This document shows positions 63,239 through 64,000 of a stretch of 64,000 bases of DNA, piece by piece. The translations under genes were made by a program, and so were the position numbers. Numbering within the stretch: position 1 is the first letter of the stretch; each line of letters opens with the position of its first letter. Below the pieces are notes generated by a model. The model had not been told where the DNA came from. It made no database searches and saw nothing but the letters and a program-made list of their open reading frames with translations. The DNA is from a virus (taxonomy: Duplodnaviria > Caudoviricetes): the IMG/VR virus record IMGVR_UViG_3300028797_000093. The stretch is one strand, 5' to 3'.

Positions 63239-63967
63239 ATGAGTAGATACAAACGGAGAACAAGAAAAACAAAACAAAATGAGTATGAAAGAAAATACTC
63301 TGGTATTCCTCTAGATTATAATGAGAGACTATCCTGGTTATATGATGAGCTTAATATAACTCCTAAAGATGAACAGGATATTCTCATAAAGAGGAATTAT
63401 CTTATATCAAATCTATTCTATTATGATTTTAATGTTATTCTAAATGAAATACCTGAGGGAACTCCTAGACCTAGATTTAGAATAACGAGAGGAAACTATG
63501 GAAGCATGGCTGCAAGTTTCCCTGGATTTGTAAGAGTATACTCTCTTACAGGTAAGGAAGATCAAGTATTTATGCAGAGACTCATAGGAGATGATTTAGT
63601 TCAACTTGATAAACTCATATCTACTGCATGTAATATAGACATCTGTACCTTCACAGAAACTCCTAAAGGATTTAATAAAGCAGATAAGATACTATCAGAG
63701 ATAGGTCTTATACGTCCTTTACAAAAACCAGACTGGGATAATATAGAAAAGAAATATTCAGATATGTTTAACTCTAATATATGGCTTGATGATACTCTTG
63801 TAATAGATGGATCTATACATAAGTATTATTCTGTACTTCCTAGAGTTGAAATTAGAATTAAGTATCTGAATATGGTATATAATAAATACCAATATGACAA
63901 AATACTCCCAAGAATAATAAAAGAAACTGGAGATGAAAACTCTACTCTCCAGATGCCTCTGTATTAA
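63239..63967 (+). CDS. rusA: RusA-like Holliday junction resolvase
   Basis: PRPRF, KPDWDNIEK, WLDDTLV, KYYS..PRVEI. Confidence 0.85.
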   Translation: MSRYKRRTRKTKQNEYERKYSGIPLDYNERLSWLYDELNITPKDEQDILIKRNYLISNLFYYDFNVILNEIPEGTPRPRFRITRGNYGSMAASFPGFVRVYSLTGKEDQVFMQRLIGDDLVQLDKLISTACNIDICTFTETPKGFNKADKILSEIGLIRPLQKPDWDNIEKKYSDMFNSNIWLDDTLVIDGSIHKYYSVLPRVEIRIKYLNMVYNKYQYDKILPRIIKETGDENSTLQMPLY

Positions 63968-64000
63968 TAAGACTATAAGGAGTGATAATCAATGTATTTT

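Noticed and set aside
1-64000. Stop-codon reassignment or tRNA genes
   Set aside because: Core genes are full length in the standard code using TAA, TAG and TGA stops; I recognised no cloverleaf, though tRNAscan was not run.

Overview
AT-rich fragment of a jumbo myophage of the AR9/PBS1/phiKZ-like type, probably infecting a Firmicute. Core genes: three split multisubunit RNA polymerase subunits (beta, beta'-N with a DYDGD motif, beta'-C), a family-B DNA polymerase interrupted by a 395-nt group I intron, tail sheath and tube, prohead protease, a 2814-aa tape-measure/lytic protein, GroEL, thymidylate synthase and kinase, NADAR, Nudix and RusA. AR9-type AACA-N6-TA promoters lie upstream of many genes. 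Two accessory systems stand out. (1) A nuclease-less Nop-domain/IS110-related gene (TasA-like, 3741-4892, minus strand) is followed by a ~2.6-kb array of about 65-70 36-nt dual-spacer units, i.e. a TIGR-Tas-like RNA-guided locus. (2) Twenty-one distinct, start-less ~140-155-bp cassettes encode the C-terminal variable region of a C-type-lectin-fold DGR target protein with the adenine-mutagenesis (AAY to NNY) signature. They form five clusters (four tandem arrays and one single cassette), each directly behind an intrinsic terminator. No reverse transcriptase, template repeat or full target gene is in the window. The cassettes look like a silent archive of diversified receptor-binding tips, which I consider the best candidate for an undescribed system. 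All calls are from motif recognition by eye; no searches were run.
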